From Phoronis australis (Eukaryota > Animalia > Phoronida): 46,357 bases of DNA. The notes beneath the pieces are model-generated. The model ran no database searches and was not told the DNA's origin. It worked only from the letters and a program-made list of their open reading frames with translations. Positions 10,201 through 21,715 of the stretch are shown here, piece after piece (the first letter of the stretch is position 1; each line of letters starts with the position of its first letter). The stretch spans positions 332,130 to 378,486 of the forward strand of contig NMRA01000444.1 of NCBI GenBank assembly GCA_002633005.1, in the 5' to 3' direction. The position numbers and the translations under genes are program-made.

Positions 10201-13200
10201 AGCAATATGCAGTTCTATTCTGTGAAAATGTGTTTGATTTTTTGTGATTAAATAGTACCTTGAATAGAGATTGTTGTCATGAACAGATGTCACGAAGTAG
10301 AACGATTGTGTTTCCACTATTCATATTAAGTCTGTCGTCTTTGAGTGAACGTGAAATAAACTCTGTCTTCTGTAGAGTTTTGAGCTGTTTCTGCAACATT
10401 CATTATTCGATGTCTATGACTCGGACACAAAAGCTGGACACTGGTCTCAACTTCTGCTGAAGACCACCCGTCAAGGGGAGGTACTCGGGGTGATTACGTT
10501 CTTGGCTAAACACCTGGAGGAGGTAGGACATTGAATGTTTCATTGTTGGAGCACAGCTCCGCCTCACCTGAGTGATAGTCATTTCATTGGCCAGATCTAC
10601 TGGTCAGTCATTTTTATTTTGGTTTAAAATGTTAAACCAACCTTAAGTTGTTGAATATTTCCAGATTATCCTCAATAATCTTTTTAAAGATAGCATGTGA
10701 AGTTGCCATTGCATTGAAACCGCCAATATGTGCATGATGACATCATGGAAATGACATCACTTGTGGGGTGTACAAGTGTGAGGAAGTTATGTTACAAACT
10801 ATGTAACTTTGAGTCATCCAACCAAAACTAATAGACAAAGAAGTGGACATTGTTACCAAGTTCAAGGACGGATTTTCCGTCCTCTGAATCTGATGTTAGA
10901 TGTGCTGGCAGTTTGCCAGAGATCTGTAGAAAGGTTCAATAATGATGGATGGTGATTGATAACAGTTGGTTATCCCTATTTGTTCTGTCCAACAGAATGC
11001 TCTGCTGCTGTCAACGTGCCAGGTCAAAAATCTTGAAATGAGACTCATAAAGCTGGCTTGACCTTGGCTTGACCTAGTTTGGTTTTATTTGACAAGCATG
11101 GCTTTCAGTTATAACAAATTGCTCGTTCTTCTCAAGTGCACAAAGTATGATCTGAGCTGGGAACAAGTCAAGACCAGCTTTATAGTCATGAGGAATATGA
11201 AGAAGTGTCTTTTCTAATTGAAGCTCACAGCATTTAAATGACGGTTGTAGCCTTACTATAAGTGTTTTACACTGTTATCATTTAAATGTAGCCTTATTGT
11301 AAGTGTTTTACACTGTTATCATTTCAGAGCGATGTTGAGGTCGCCAAGAATTCCCTGATGAAACATTTCTCTCAAGGGAATGATGTAGGCTGTCCCAAGC
11401 TGTTATCTCTTTACTTTCAGTAAGTTTTGTTATTGTTAATGATGTTTGTGTGGCCTAGTGGGATAGGTGTTTGTTTCCTTTACTCAAGGTCGTCTGTTGG
11501 AGTCCGACTGAGGCACACTGCTAGACCACTGAGCCAGGTCTCTAGCTCCTCAGCTGGGATTTAACTGTATTAATAAAGCATAAAAATGGTTCCAGGTGAT
11601 CAGTGCAATGGACCCACCCTAGCGGTCTGCATAATGTGTACCAGAATGCCTGCAATTATTTTTATAGGATCGTAGTTGTAGGGACTGCAGCTGTGATAGC
11701 CAGGGGACACAATTTGATTACAGCCACTTGCTACAGGGGACACAACTTGATTACAGCCACTTGCTGTAGGGGACGTAACTTGATAACAGCCACTTGCAAT
11801 AATTTGTTCTTAGCCCATGCATGACTTCAGTGAGTGAATGTCTAGTGATTTAGATTCATGAGTAAGTAGCTAAGAAGGGTGCACTTAAATATGACGGATG
11901 GAAATTGGACTGAATGTGGCGCTACCTCACTGTTTACAGTGCCTAAACCAAAACATTGAATTATATGATTCTTTGTTTCATCGGTTTACTCCAACCTCTT
12001 TGCTAGTTTTTCTGTGGTTTTCGTTTAATGATTTCTCCACGTTGAACTGGTGAGTGACGAGTACACTTGTAGCTGTTGACAGTTGTATTTTTGGCAAATG
12101 ATTGTTACTACTGGATTTAAACTCATCTTCTAATTGTACTTGAAACAGTACTTTATATATGCCATCGTCTCATCAGTTAAGCTACTGATTTATCCACTAA
12201 TTATGAGAAAGTATTTGCAATGCCTTCAATAGTTACCATAACCACGATTGGTTGGAAGAATCTGGAAAATAGTTTTCTTCAGTCTGTAATTCAACACTTC
12301 AGTGATGGCAGCCATTTTATTGATAATACTTTATTTGTGTGTCTAGGCTTGTGGTCCCTGCGTGCTGTGTTGCAGGATTACTTGCAAACCACCTTTTACT
12401 AGCTTGGTTACGTGATCTTATGAGGTCTCCCTAAAGTTGTAAGAGACTAGTGTTAAGGAACACACCTCAGCTTGGTTGTTTGCCTAGCTGCCTAAATCCA
12501 TTACTGTGTTATGTCAAATGTACGACTTCTTTCATCTTTTTTATCCGAAACACGATATCACGTTTACCGTCTCACCCAATCTCTGGGGTGCAGGTTTCAG
12601 TTTGTCATGTAGGTGAAGTGTTGGAGATGTGCCCAGGCAACGGCTGTCATTTTACATTTCCAGCACGTTGAGGTCACAACTGGCTGTGTTTGTGTTTTCA
12701 GTGTCTCCAAAGGTGAGAAAGTGCCATCGTCCACCAGTCTGTTGTTCACTAGAGGTGAAGCTATAGAGAAGATATGCCAGACCTCCTTCAGGCTGTCCCG
12801 TGATGTGAGCCTCAGAGGTGGGTCGTATTGTGTCATCTTACCACCTTAGAGCGCGCATAAACACACCTGTCTGTAATAACTGTTGTAATAATACTTCAGT
12901 TTGGGACAAAATATGGCTTACAGTTGAAATTTCATTTTATCAAATTTCTCAACAAAAATAACTTTTCAGGAAAATTCACTTGGCTTTTGACTGGGTTTGT
13001 GTGTCGTATTAGTAAACAACATTTGGTAAAGTTTTGAGCATTTGCAACAATGTGGTAAGCTTCTTAACAATAGAAATATGGGAATTTTAGCTATTCTATT
13101 TGTTCCAAATTAAAGATTTTTCACTGTGTTAGGTTTAGAATGTTTGTTCTTCATTCTAGAGTGTTTTACAACAACTATGACTTTAGTAGTTTGCTAATGA

Positions 13201-16200
13201 GAGTGAAATGAAGATTAAATACCTTCAAGTACCGACTGTCTTGAAAGCTGAAGTCTGTCCTCGCATTGAGTTTCTTCATGTAGAGAAACTATGTGGGATT
13301 ATCCTGTTATTAATTTATTAAAAGTGAAATATTACAACGTTATTTTGATACCAAGGTTTTTGGATACCTCTTCAGTGTTGTCCATTGTCTATATAGCCTA
13401 GCTGCATTACATGAAGGTAATATATAGCCTAGCTATATTACATGAAGGTAATATATAACATAGCTGTATTACATGAAGGTAATATATAACATAGCTGTAT
13501 TACATGAAGGTAATATATAGCCTAGCTATATTACATGAAAGTAATATATAGCCTAGCTGTATTACATGGAAGTAATATATAGCCTAGCTATAGTACATGA
13601 AAGTAATATATAGCCTAGCTATATTACACGAAGGTAATATATAGCCTAGCTGTATTACATGAAAGTAATATATAGCCTAGCTATATTTCATGAAGGTAAT
13701 ATATAACCTAGCTGTATTACATGAAGGTAATATATATAGCCTAGCTGTATTACATGAAGATAATGTATAGCCTTGCTGTATTACATGAAGGTAATGTATA
13801 GCCTTGCTGTATTACATGAAGGTAATATATAACCTAGCTGTATTACATGAAGGTAATATATAACCTAGCTGCATTACATGAAGGTAATATATAGCCTAGC
13901 TGTATTACATGAAGGCAATATATAGCCTTGCTGTATTACACAAAGGTAATGTATAGCCTAGCTGTATTACATGAAGGTAATTAGCAATAGTAGTGATTTA
14001 CAACTTCCAAGCACATTTCAATTATGTGTGAAGCAAATGAGTAAATTAACCTGTCTAATGAAGCTTTTCGTTGTTGCCTTGTTTGTGTATAATGTAATTC
14101 ATGGTTTGCTGTGTTTATTTGACTTCAGCAAACCTGTCAGCTGCAGAATGTTTGTACAAGAAAATTGTTGAGTTGAGCAACTTGTCTTGCGATGACGCTG
14201 TAATTGACGTCTGCTGCGGGGCTGGGCTTACTGGACAGATCTTGGACTCTAAGCTGGTTAGTGTCGATAAGATTAACAGTTCACGTAGTGGTTGTTATGG
14301 CAGAATTTTTGTGCTGACCATGAAAAATGGAATATGCTTCAGGTTGTTTAAGACTGGCATTCAAAAATGACGACGTATTTCCTTGTAACACTTAGTCGTC
14401 AAATACTGTAAAAATGCCATTTCTTGTTGTATTGTGTTTTTTGTGTAATACAATTCAGGGAGTTCTCTCTACAACTCCTGGGGTCTGAGAAGTGACGCTA
14501 GATTTAAGTCTTACGCCTTATGTTCCACACAACTATTTTGGAAAAATAAATAAATTTTACTCCGTCACTAAGGTCATTACTGCTACTTACTGAGATAGTT
14601 TGTATATTAATTGCAAGGCTGTGATGTGCTGATAATAGCAAGGCTGTGATGTGCTGATAATAGCAAGGCTGTGATGTGCTGATAATAGCAAGGGTAAACC
14701 TTGATTCAATAATTGTCAAGAGGCAGCGGATGACCTAATTTTGGATTTAATTCCTAAGTCACTTTCCGTGACACAGTTCCCTGGTCATTATTGTTGAGTT
14801 CATCTTCTGCTAGAGAAAGTCCTCACGATGAGAACGCAGCGTCGGTCAGATGAAATGTAAGTCCAGTATTAGTTTTAATATTTTTTACTGATATTTATCA
14901 ACTGATTGTCTAATATTCACCAACTGGTTGAGTACATCTATTACTTCCTTGTTCCAGTCGTGTTCTAGTGTGATTGGCATTGACAGCTCCCCTAGTGCCA
15001 TTGAAGAGGCAAGATACAATGCACATTTAAACGGTAAGCTGAGCTATCTCTTTCATGTTCTTTTTCATCTTTATGCAATATCGATTGTTTATACAGTCCA
15101 ATTTGTCAATTCTGGTGCACATATTTGCTATAGAAAAAAAATCCCAACTGTGACTGTATCGCAACCAATGACACCAGAACTAGAACTGGTTGGCTTTAAT
15201 GATTGGAATTTTTCTTTAATTTTATGAGTCCCCTTCATTATCACTTTTACTTTAGTTTTAATGAAAAATATTAGTATTTCAGCAGATTTTGTTTGTGAGA
15301 TTTGTAAGCTTTAATTTTGTTTAATAACCTCAATATCTACAAGTCTTATTTCCGAGATGTCTTACACGCCTGTATATTCTTTGATACCTCTTCATCACAA
15401 GATATCTTACACACCTGTATATTCTTTGATTATACCTCCGCATTACAAAAACGATCTGAGTGATATATAATTTAAGTGGCGTAGCAGTTGGATTATTTTC
15501 ATTTTGTAACAGCACATTTTAGATTTTCAATGTAACTGAATAGGCTACAGTTAAAGTGACAAACCCGCGTTCCTTCGAGAAAACTAATTTTTAGTTGAGA
15601 CAAGTTACCACAATAAAACTGGTTCCTTCTTGTTTCTTACTCAAATGGGTTTTGGTCTTCCAAGAAACTGAAGCCTCATTATTGCAGTGAATCACTTGAT
15701 ATTCCCTGATAACTCATCTTATAGAGCCTTACTTCAATTATGAACTGTCAGTCCAGATATCTTACCTATTTTGACTACAGGATAATTTGAGATCAATTTT
15801 GCAAGGGTAAGTGGTCTTAATTAAATGTTGGTTGTGGTGACTAAAAGTGGGTTTATAGCCACTTTAAACCATCCTCTGTTGATTTCTGATCGATTGATGT
15901 CTGATTGATTGATTTCTAATCATGAATTAAAGAATGTCCTAGCACGCGTGATTGATTAAGTTTTGTGCTTATTTCTTCTGAGTGCCAGGCTGAGCACTGT
16001 ACTGTCTAATGTCTTGTCTCAGGTTTAGTGAACACTGAGTACGTTCACGGGAAAGTGGAGACATCTTTGAAAGGAGCTTTACAACGTCCCTGTGTGAATG
16101 GCAAGTCTGTAACTGTAGTCATTGACCCGACGAAAACTGGACTGGGTAAGGGCGGCTGTGAGCTATGATAGGCAACAATAGATAGAACATCTGTGAACTG

Positions 16201-19200
16201 TAGGACAATTAAAAGCATTGTCAATGATATCTGATTGTCATGTTAGATCTTTAGGTATGATAGTTGTGTTCAATGTATGACTACATTCTATCCTCGGGTG
16301 TAAGATATCATTGTATGATTGATGTAATGGAGTGATATTATACAGCATTAAGCAGGACTGTACTCTACTAAACGACAAATATCCACCGGAGACTTATATT
16401 TGCATTATAAAGGTGTTATAAGTTGCGATAGGCTGAACATCCCCACTTCATTTTGTGACTGACATGCATGTCAAGGTCATGATCAGGGCATATTCCATAA
16501 TGCCAGTCTCAAGAAACCTTGGCTTTTGGAATAGAAATAGTTTACTTATTAACAGTTTTCTGCCACAACTCAAAATTCCAGTGTAACCTACCAAATCACT
16601 TCTGTGGCAGCATTTTACAAGTGTATACTTGACTGATTGAAATTTTTCTCGTGAAACATTCGCATTTTACTAGCATGATCTAACTCAGTAGAAACTTACT
16701 CTTTGCACATCTCGAAGTCTGAGATGTTATCAAAAGGTTGTGGTTCAAGATGTGATGTTCTTCCTTGTATGTGGAATGTGACAAACCTCATTTTTGTCTC
16801 TCGTTGCAGACAACCGTTGCATCCTTAGATTGAGGAGGAAGAGAAGTGTTCGACGTGTTATCTACATCTGCACGATCCCTTGTGCACCTTGTGACAATTT
16901 TGTAAGGTAAAGGTCACCTTAGGTCATTGCAGCTAGAATAATGTCTCTTAGTATTGTTAAGATCCTTTAATGGCCATTGAAGCTTTTGAACAGGCTTTGA
17001 CAGCAACTGGATCTCTTGCCGTTTTGAAGCAAAATAATGCTGTGACCTTTGCCAACCCTCAAAACAATTAAAACTGAAAACTCAGGAAAAAGTTTGCTAA
17101 ATTGGAAAGCATTACTGACTCCTAGGAATCATCAGTATGTTCCACAGGTTAAGACCACCCACCTCAAACCAATGTACACACTTTGTGACTGAGGATATGT
17201 TTTAGTTGAGGATTCTCTCAGTGACAGTATTAATTATGAAAAAATAGGTTATCTAACCCATTTCAGGTGTAATCACTAGAAAGTGTTTTTTTAACAGAAA
17301 ATGCTATAAAATAGTAAGTTCTTTTAGTTGTGCTTTCTGTTAGAAATATTAACTGATATTGAATGCAAATTTTCACATGTTTTTTCTAGTGTCAGTTGTT
17401 TGGTTTTGTCTTAATATATATCTTTAAATGAAGGAAATTTTGTTATTTACAAGAGTGGCCACTCCAAGTATACAATGGTTTGGTCATTGTGACATCTGTG
17501 TGTTTGTTTATTTGTCAAGCTCAGTCACCATCACACTATGTTCAAGTCTGACTTTGTCTTGTCATCGTTTCTTTCAGCTTGGTGCTACCAAATGAAACTC
17601 CTCTTGACGGCAGCTCATTCAAGTTGGTACGAGTGGCAGCCGTGGATGTCTGCCCTAACACCAGTTATTGCCAGGCTGTGTTGCTGTTTGAGAAGAGCTC
17701 TGAAGATGGTTGGGAAGTGGGTGAGGTAAGTGAAGAAGAGTCTGAGGACGAACCTGAAGAGATAGAGACTGATGAAGGTGTTGAGGTGGTTGAAGCTACC
17801 AAGGAAGTGAGGCGTCAAGGTGAAGGTGATGCATCAAAAAAGAGTGAGGAGGATGTTGTGGTTATTGACTCTGTTAAACCAGATGTCATTGTAATTGAAA
17901 TCGACAGTGACAGTGACGATGAAGTGAAAATTGTAAGTAAACCTACGAAAGAGTCACTGCATAAGTTGGACTTGTCCAAAGTGAAAAGGGAAGAAGAAGC
18001 TGTGACTGAAGCCCCGGCTATCAAACTGGAGGAGGTTGATGTCAGTACTGAATCAATCGGAGTTGGCTCTGAAGGTGGTACTGCAGCAAATGTTGAAGAC
18101 ATGTCTCAGTGTAGTGTGAAGGAAGAGCCAGGATTGGGAGAACCTGTAGCAGTGTCCTCAGTGATAGTAAAGCAGGAGAAGGGAGACATTGAAGGAGACA
18201 GTCATGTGAAGTCTGGCAGCTTCTTGCAGGATGTTGATGTGAAACAAGAGATGGTTGAAGTGAAAGTTGAGGTGTTCCACGGAGGTTCTTGGGCTACTGG
18301 GAAAGAATCTCATGAAGATAGTGAAATGACTGAAGATGTCACTACTGGTGAAACTGAAGTAAACCCTGTGCACAGAACTGAAGAGTTGATGAATGATGAG
18401 ATGAACATATCTTCAGCAACTCCAAACAAGACTAAAGTGTGTGAAGACAAACAAGCTTTTGAAGTAGTAACTGGTTCTAGTATTTCATTGCCATCACCTC
18501 AATTTGGTGAAGAGAACCAACAGTCAACCGCTTCACCACCAATAGTCCAAGCTTTGGATGAAGTACATGGTGAGGATGAGCAAAATTCAGGGGAAGAGGT
18601 TCCACTTTCAGCTGATTCTGGTACTTCAGAACTACCGCCTCAGTACGTCCAGCAAGCTTGTGGAAAGAGTGAATATGGAACAGAGAAAGGGAACACATCA
18701 AGCCTTTCAGCAGCTTCCTCCCAAGTTGTAGAAGAAGTACAAGAGAAAGTTAAGCGTGCTGTGGAGACTGTGGCATCAGTAACAGTAGTTAATAATTGTT
18801 CTANTAGTTGAGGATTCTCTCAGTGACAGTATTAATTATGAAAAAATAGGTTATCTAACCCATTTCAGGTGTAATCACTAGAAAGTGTTTTTTTAACAGA
18901 AAATGCTATAAAATAGTAAGTTCTTTCAGTTGTGCTTTCTGTTAGAAATATTAACTGATATTGAATGCAAATTTTCACATGTTTTTTCTAGTGTCAGTTG
19001 TTTGGTTTTGTCTTAATATATATCTTTAAATGAAGGAAATTTTGTTATTTACGAGAGTGGCCACTCCAAGTATACAATGGTTTGGTCATTGTGACATCTG
19101 TGTGTTTGTTTATTTGTCAAGCTCAGTCACCATCACACTACGTTCAAGTCTGACTTTGTCTTGTCATCGTTTCTTACAGCTTGGTACTACCAAATGAAAC

Positions 19201-21715
19201 TCCTCTGGAAGGCAGCTCATTCAAGTTGGTGCGAGTGGCAGCCGTGGATGTCTGCCCTAACACCAGTTATTGCCAGGCTGTGTTGCTGTTTGAGAAGAGC
19301 TCTGAAGATGGTTGGGAAGTGGGTGAGGTAAGTGAAGAAGAGTCTGAGGAGGAACCTGAAGAGATAGAGACTGATGAAGGTGTTGAGGAGGTGGTTGAAG
19401 CTACCAAGGGAGCGAGACGTCAAGGTGAAGGTGATGCATCAGAAAAGAGCGAGGAGGATGTTGTGGTTGTTGAGTCAGTTAAACCAGATGTCATTGTAAT
19501 TGAAATCGACAGTGATAGTGACGATGAAGTGGAAATTGTAAGTAAACCTACGAAAGAGTCACTGCATAAGTTAGACTTGTCCAAAGTGAAAAGGGAAGAA
19601 GAAGCTGTGACTGAAGCCCCGGCTATCAAACGGGAGGAGGTTGATGTCAGTACTGAATCAATCAGAGTTGGCTCTGAAGGTGGTACTGCAGCAAAAGTTG
19701 AAGACATGTCTCAGTGTAGTGTGAAGGAAGAGCCAGGATTGGGAGAACCTGTAGCAGTGTCCTCAGTGATAGTAAAGCAGGAGAAGGGAAACATTGAAGG
19801 AGACAGTCATGTGAAGTCTGGCAGCTTCTTGCAGGATGTTGATGTGAGACAAGAGAGGGTTGAAGTGAAAGTTGAGGTGTTCCACGGAGGTTCTTGGGCT
19901 ACTGGGAAAGAATCTCATGAAGATAGTGAAATGACTGAAGATGTCACTACTGGTGAAACTGAAGTAAACCCTGTGCACAGAACTGAAGAGTTGATGAATG
20001 ATGATATGAACATATCTTCAGCAACTCCAAACAAGACTAAAGTGTGTGAAGACAAACAAGCTTTTGAAGTAGTAACTGGTTCTAGTATTTCATTGCCATC
20101 ACCTCAATTTGGTGAAGAGAACCAACAGTCAACCGCTTCACCACCAATAGTCCAAGCTTTGGATGAAGTACATGGTGAGGATGAGCAAAATTCAGGGGAA
20201 GAGGTTCCACTTTCAGCTGATTCTGGTACTTCAGAACTACCGCCTCAGTACGTCCAGCAAGCTTGTGGAAAGAGTGAATATGGAACAGAGAAAGGGAACA
20301 CATCAAGCCTTTCAGCAGCTTCCTCCCAAGTTGTAGAAGAAGTACAAGAGAAAGTTAAGCGTGCTGTGGAGACTGTGGCATCAGTAACAGTAGTTAATAA
20401 TTGTTCTACTGTGTCAACTGATCCTTCTGTAGAAGAGTGTATGGAACTTTCAGAGAAAGAAGACAAAGAGTCTTCAGACATTGCTACTGATAAACCAGTT
20501 TGTAAAAATGTTGAAGAAAATACTGGAGAGATGATAGACATGGCAAGGACAGAGCTCCATGATGCATGCATCACATTACCACCTGAAACTTCTAAGAAAC
20601 ATGCAACAGAGCCTAACAAGTTGGTTGATGAGGTAGTTGTTGCCCAAAATGAGAATGACTCTTCTCTAGAAAGTGCTGATGAGGCAAAAGAGTCCTCTGC
20701 GTCACTGGCCGCAGATAAAGGCAGTGTAGATGGCTCTGTGTTGGCAAGCCTCAGCAGTGCTGTTCCAAAAAGTCCACAACCATTTAATACAGCTGCTGCA
20801 GCTATTGAAGAAATATCACAAAAGAGGTTTGAAGATGAATGTACTCCAACAAAGCACCGAAGACTTGATGATGATTCTGCTTCACCGTTAGAAATGGAAA
20901 GAATGTCTTCTGGAGAACACTCATCTCCAACCAAAAGAGGAAGAGGCAGGGGTCGTGGCAGAGGTCGGGGGAGAGGTCGAGGGAAAGCTGTGAAAGTTCA
21001 GGAGACCAAGGAACATGATACAGAACTCAACAATGAGGTTGACGTAGCAGCTGTTTCCAGGAAACAAAATTACTCAGAATATAATGATGAGATAAAAGAG
21101 TCCTCTGCAGTACAGAAGACTGGTAAAAGTGACAAAGATGGCTCTGTGCTTGCAAGTCACAGCAGTACTATTCCGTTAAGCCTACAGGCGGTTACTGCTG
21201 CTGCTTGTTTGGAAGAAATGTCAGAAAAAAGTGTTGAAGGCAAAGGTACTCTCGCAAAGCGCCAAAAAATGGACGATTCTTCTTCACTTAGGGAATTGGA
21301 TGAGGAGGCAATGTATTCTGGTGAACACTCAACACCAACTAAACGAGGTAGAGGTAGAGGAAGAAGCAGGGGCCGTGGAAGTCGTGGGAGAGCTGTTAAA
21401 GTTGCGGAGACACTAACGCACGAAGCAGACACTGGCAAGTTGGTTTGTGAAAGTACAGCAGAAGATTTAGTTACTGATAAGCAAGCAAACAGCTCAGAAG
21501 ATATAGCACGCAGAACACGTGCTGGACAAAGTTCTTCTGGAGGTCATATCAAGAAAGACCAACAGTCTAGTGCAGCTCCCTCTGTTGAAGATAAAGATCT
21601 AGAAGAAGACAAAGAATTAGAAACATTGAGTTCCGTCGACTCAACTCTAGGGATGAGCCCTAGGGGAAGAGGACGAGGTAGAGGCCGGGGCAGGGGACGA
21701 AAGAGAAAACGTTGA
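4157..21715 (+). CDS. TRMT2-like: TRMT2/TrmA-family tRNA (uracil-5-)-methyltransferase-like gene, divergent (probable pseudoenzyme) with long acidic tail; 5' exons probably upstream of the window
   Basis: Exons 4157-4211, 5018-5103, 6235-6283, 7163-7229, 7911-8011 (dup 9609-9709), 8674-8820 (dup 10376-10522), 11328-11419, 12702-12817, 14129-14256, 14958-15033, 16023-16145, 16810-16906, 19180-21715 (partial dup from 17578). All are GT-AG and phase-consistent, giving ~1223 aa collinear with TRMT2A motifs (PFWKVPYEDQ, GHWSQLLLKTT, IDVCCGAG, VIGID, VDVCPNT). Confidence 0.88.
5018..5103 (+). CDS. TRMT2-like exon (KKQTAVREYLRTIW...)
   Basis: tttcag/gtaatt; phases 0-2 fit the neighbours. Confidence 0.75.
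5212..5492. repeat. Minisatellite, 17-bp unit, ~16 copies
   Basis: Unit ttgtgtgataacgttac, containing the palindrome taacgtta. Confidence 0.92.
6235..6283 (+). CDS. TRMT2-like exon (FYSEFFACDVDDIIAS)
   Basis: ttctag/gtaaga; phases 2-0. Confidence 0.75.
7163..7229 (+). CDS. TRMT2-like exon (PFQQFYRCECEYGIGRGGEDGK)
   Basis: Aligns to family PxxxxYRNKCEFxIG; ttatag/gtaagg. Confidence 0.82.
7430..7610 (-). mobile_element. tRNA-derived SINE-like repeat, family A
   Basis: The minus strand of 7505-7575 has A box TAGCTTAGTGG and B box GGATCGAGTCC. A related copy lies at ~35625-35790. Confidence 0.6.
7725..7903 (+). mobile_element. SINE-like interspersed repeat, family B
   Basis: B-box-like GTCGAATCC. 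It shares tattaataaagcataaaaatggttccaggtga and tgcctgcaattattttt with 11450-11666. Confidence 0.6.
7911..8011 (+). CDS. TRMT2-like exon (RVVGLRLGG...PVVE), copy 1
   Basis: cttcag/gtttgt; VGxRLG motif. Confidence 0.8.
8674..8820 (+). CDS. TRMT2-like exon (SFELFLQ...GHWSQLLLKTTRQGE...), copy 1
   Basis: ctgtag/gtagga; matches family GHWxQLxVRT. Confidence 0.85.
9593..11017 (+). repeat. Near-identical second copy of ~7895-9305 (exon copies 9609-9709 and 10376-10522); likely alternate haplotype
   Basis: Direct repeat separated only by the N-gap, with scattered SNPs and small indels. Confidence 0.9.
11328..11419 (+). CDS. TRMT2-like exon (SDVEVAKNSLMKHF...LSLYF)
   Basis: tttcag/gtaagt; SLYF motif. 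Confidence 0.82.
11450..11666 (+). mobile_element. SINE-like repeat, family B
   Basis: A-box-like TGGCCTAGTGG at the start; body shared with 7725-7903. Confidence 0.6.
11701..11797. repeat. 33-bp tandem repeat x3
   Basis: Unit caggggacacaacttgattacagccacttgcta. Confidence 0.85.
12702..12817 (+). CDS. TRMT2-like exon (...EKICQTSFRLSRDVSLR)
   Basis: tttcag/gtgggt; aligns to ExLxGLxFRISPxAFFQ. Confidence 0.8.
13390..13980. repeat. Minisatellite, ~31-bp unit, ~19 copies
   Basis: Unit tatatagcctagctgtattacatgaaggtaa. Confidence 0.93.
14129..14256 (+). CDS. TRMT2-like exon with SAM-binding motif I (NLSAAECLY...IDVCCGAG)
   Basis: cttcag/gttagt; matches NTxAAEVLY...LDVCCGTG. Confidence 0.9.
14613..14692. 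repeat. 25-bp tandem repeat x3
   Basis: Unit gcaaggctgtgatgtgctgataata. Confidence 0.85.
14958..15033 (+). CDS. TRMT2-like exon (SCSSVIGIDSSPSAIEEARYNAHLN)
   Basis: ttccag/gtaagc; methyltransferase VIGxD/E...A..NA motif. Confidence 0.9.
16023..16145 (+). CDS. TRMT2-like exon (LVNTEYVHGKVE...VVIDPTKTGL)
   Basis: tctcag/gtaagg; aligns to the DPPRAGL region. Confidence 0.85.
16810..16906 (+). CDS. TRMT2-like exon (NRCILRLRR...VIYICTIPCAPCDNFV)
   Basis: ttgcag/gtaaag; aligns to IRR...LLYVSCNP...NF. Confidence 0.85.
17203..18803 (+). repeat. First, truncated copy of 18805-20408 (intron end plus first ~410 codons of terminal exon, from 17578); likely alternate haplotype
   Basis: Near-identical direct repeat joined at the single N at 18804. 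Confidence 0.9.
19180..21715 (+). CDS. TRMT2-like terminal exon: end of methyltransferase fold plus ~800-aa acidic low-complexity tail with RG blocks
   Basis: 844-aa ORF after the ttacag acceptor. It starts with FKLVRVAAVDVCPNTSYCQAVLLFEK (family VDLFPxTxHxE..LFER). Confidence 0.9.

Noticed and set aside
17579-18811. Separate 410-aa paralogous gene
   Set aside because: Truncated duplicate of the terminal exon ending at an N; probably allelic.
20923-21712. AT-hook motifs
   Set aside because: They lack the R-G-R-P core; better described as RG repeats.
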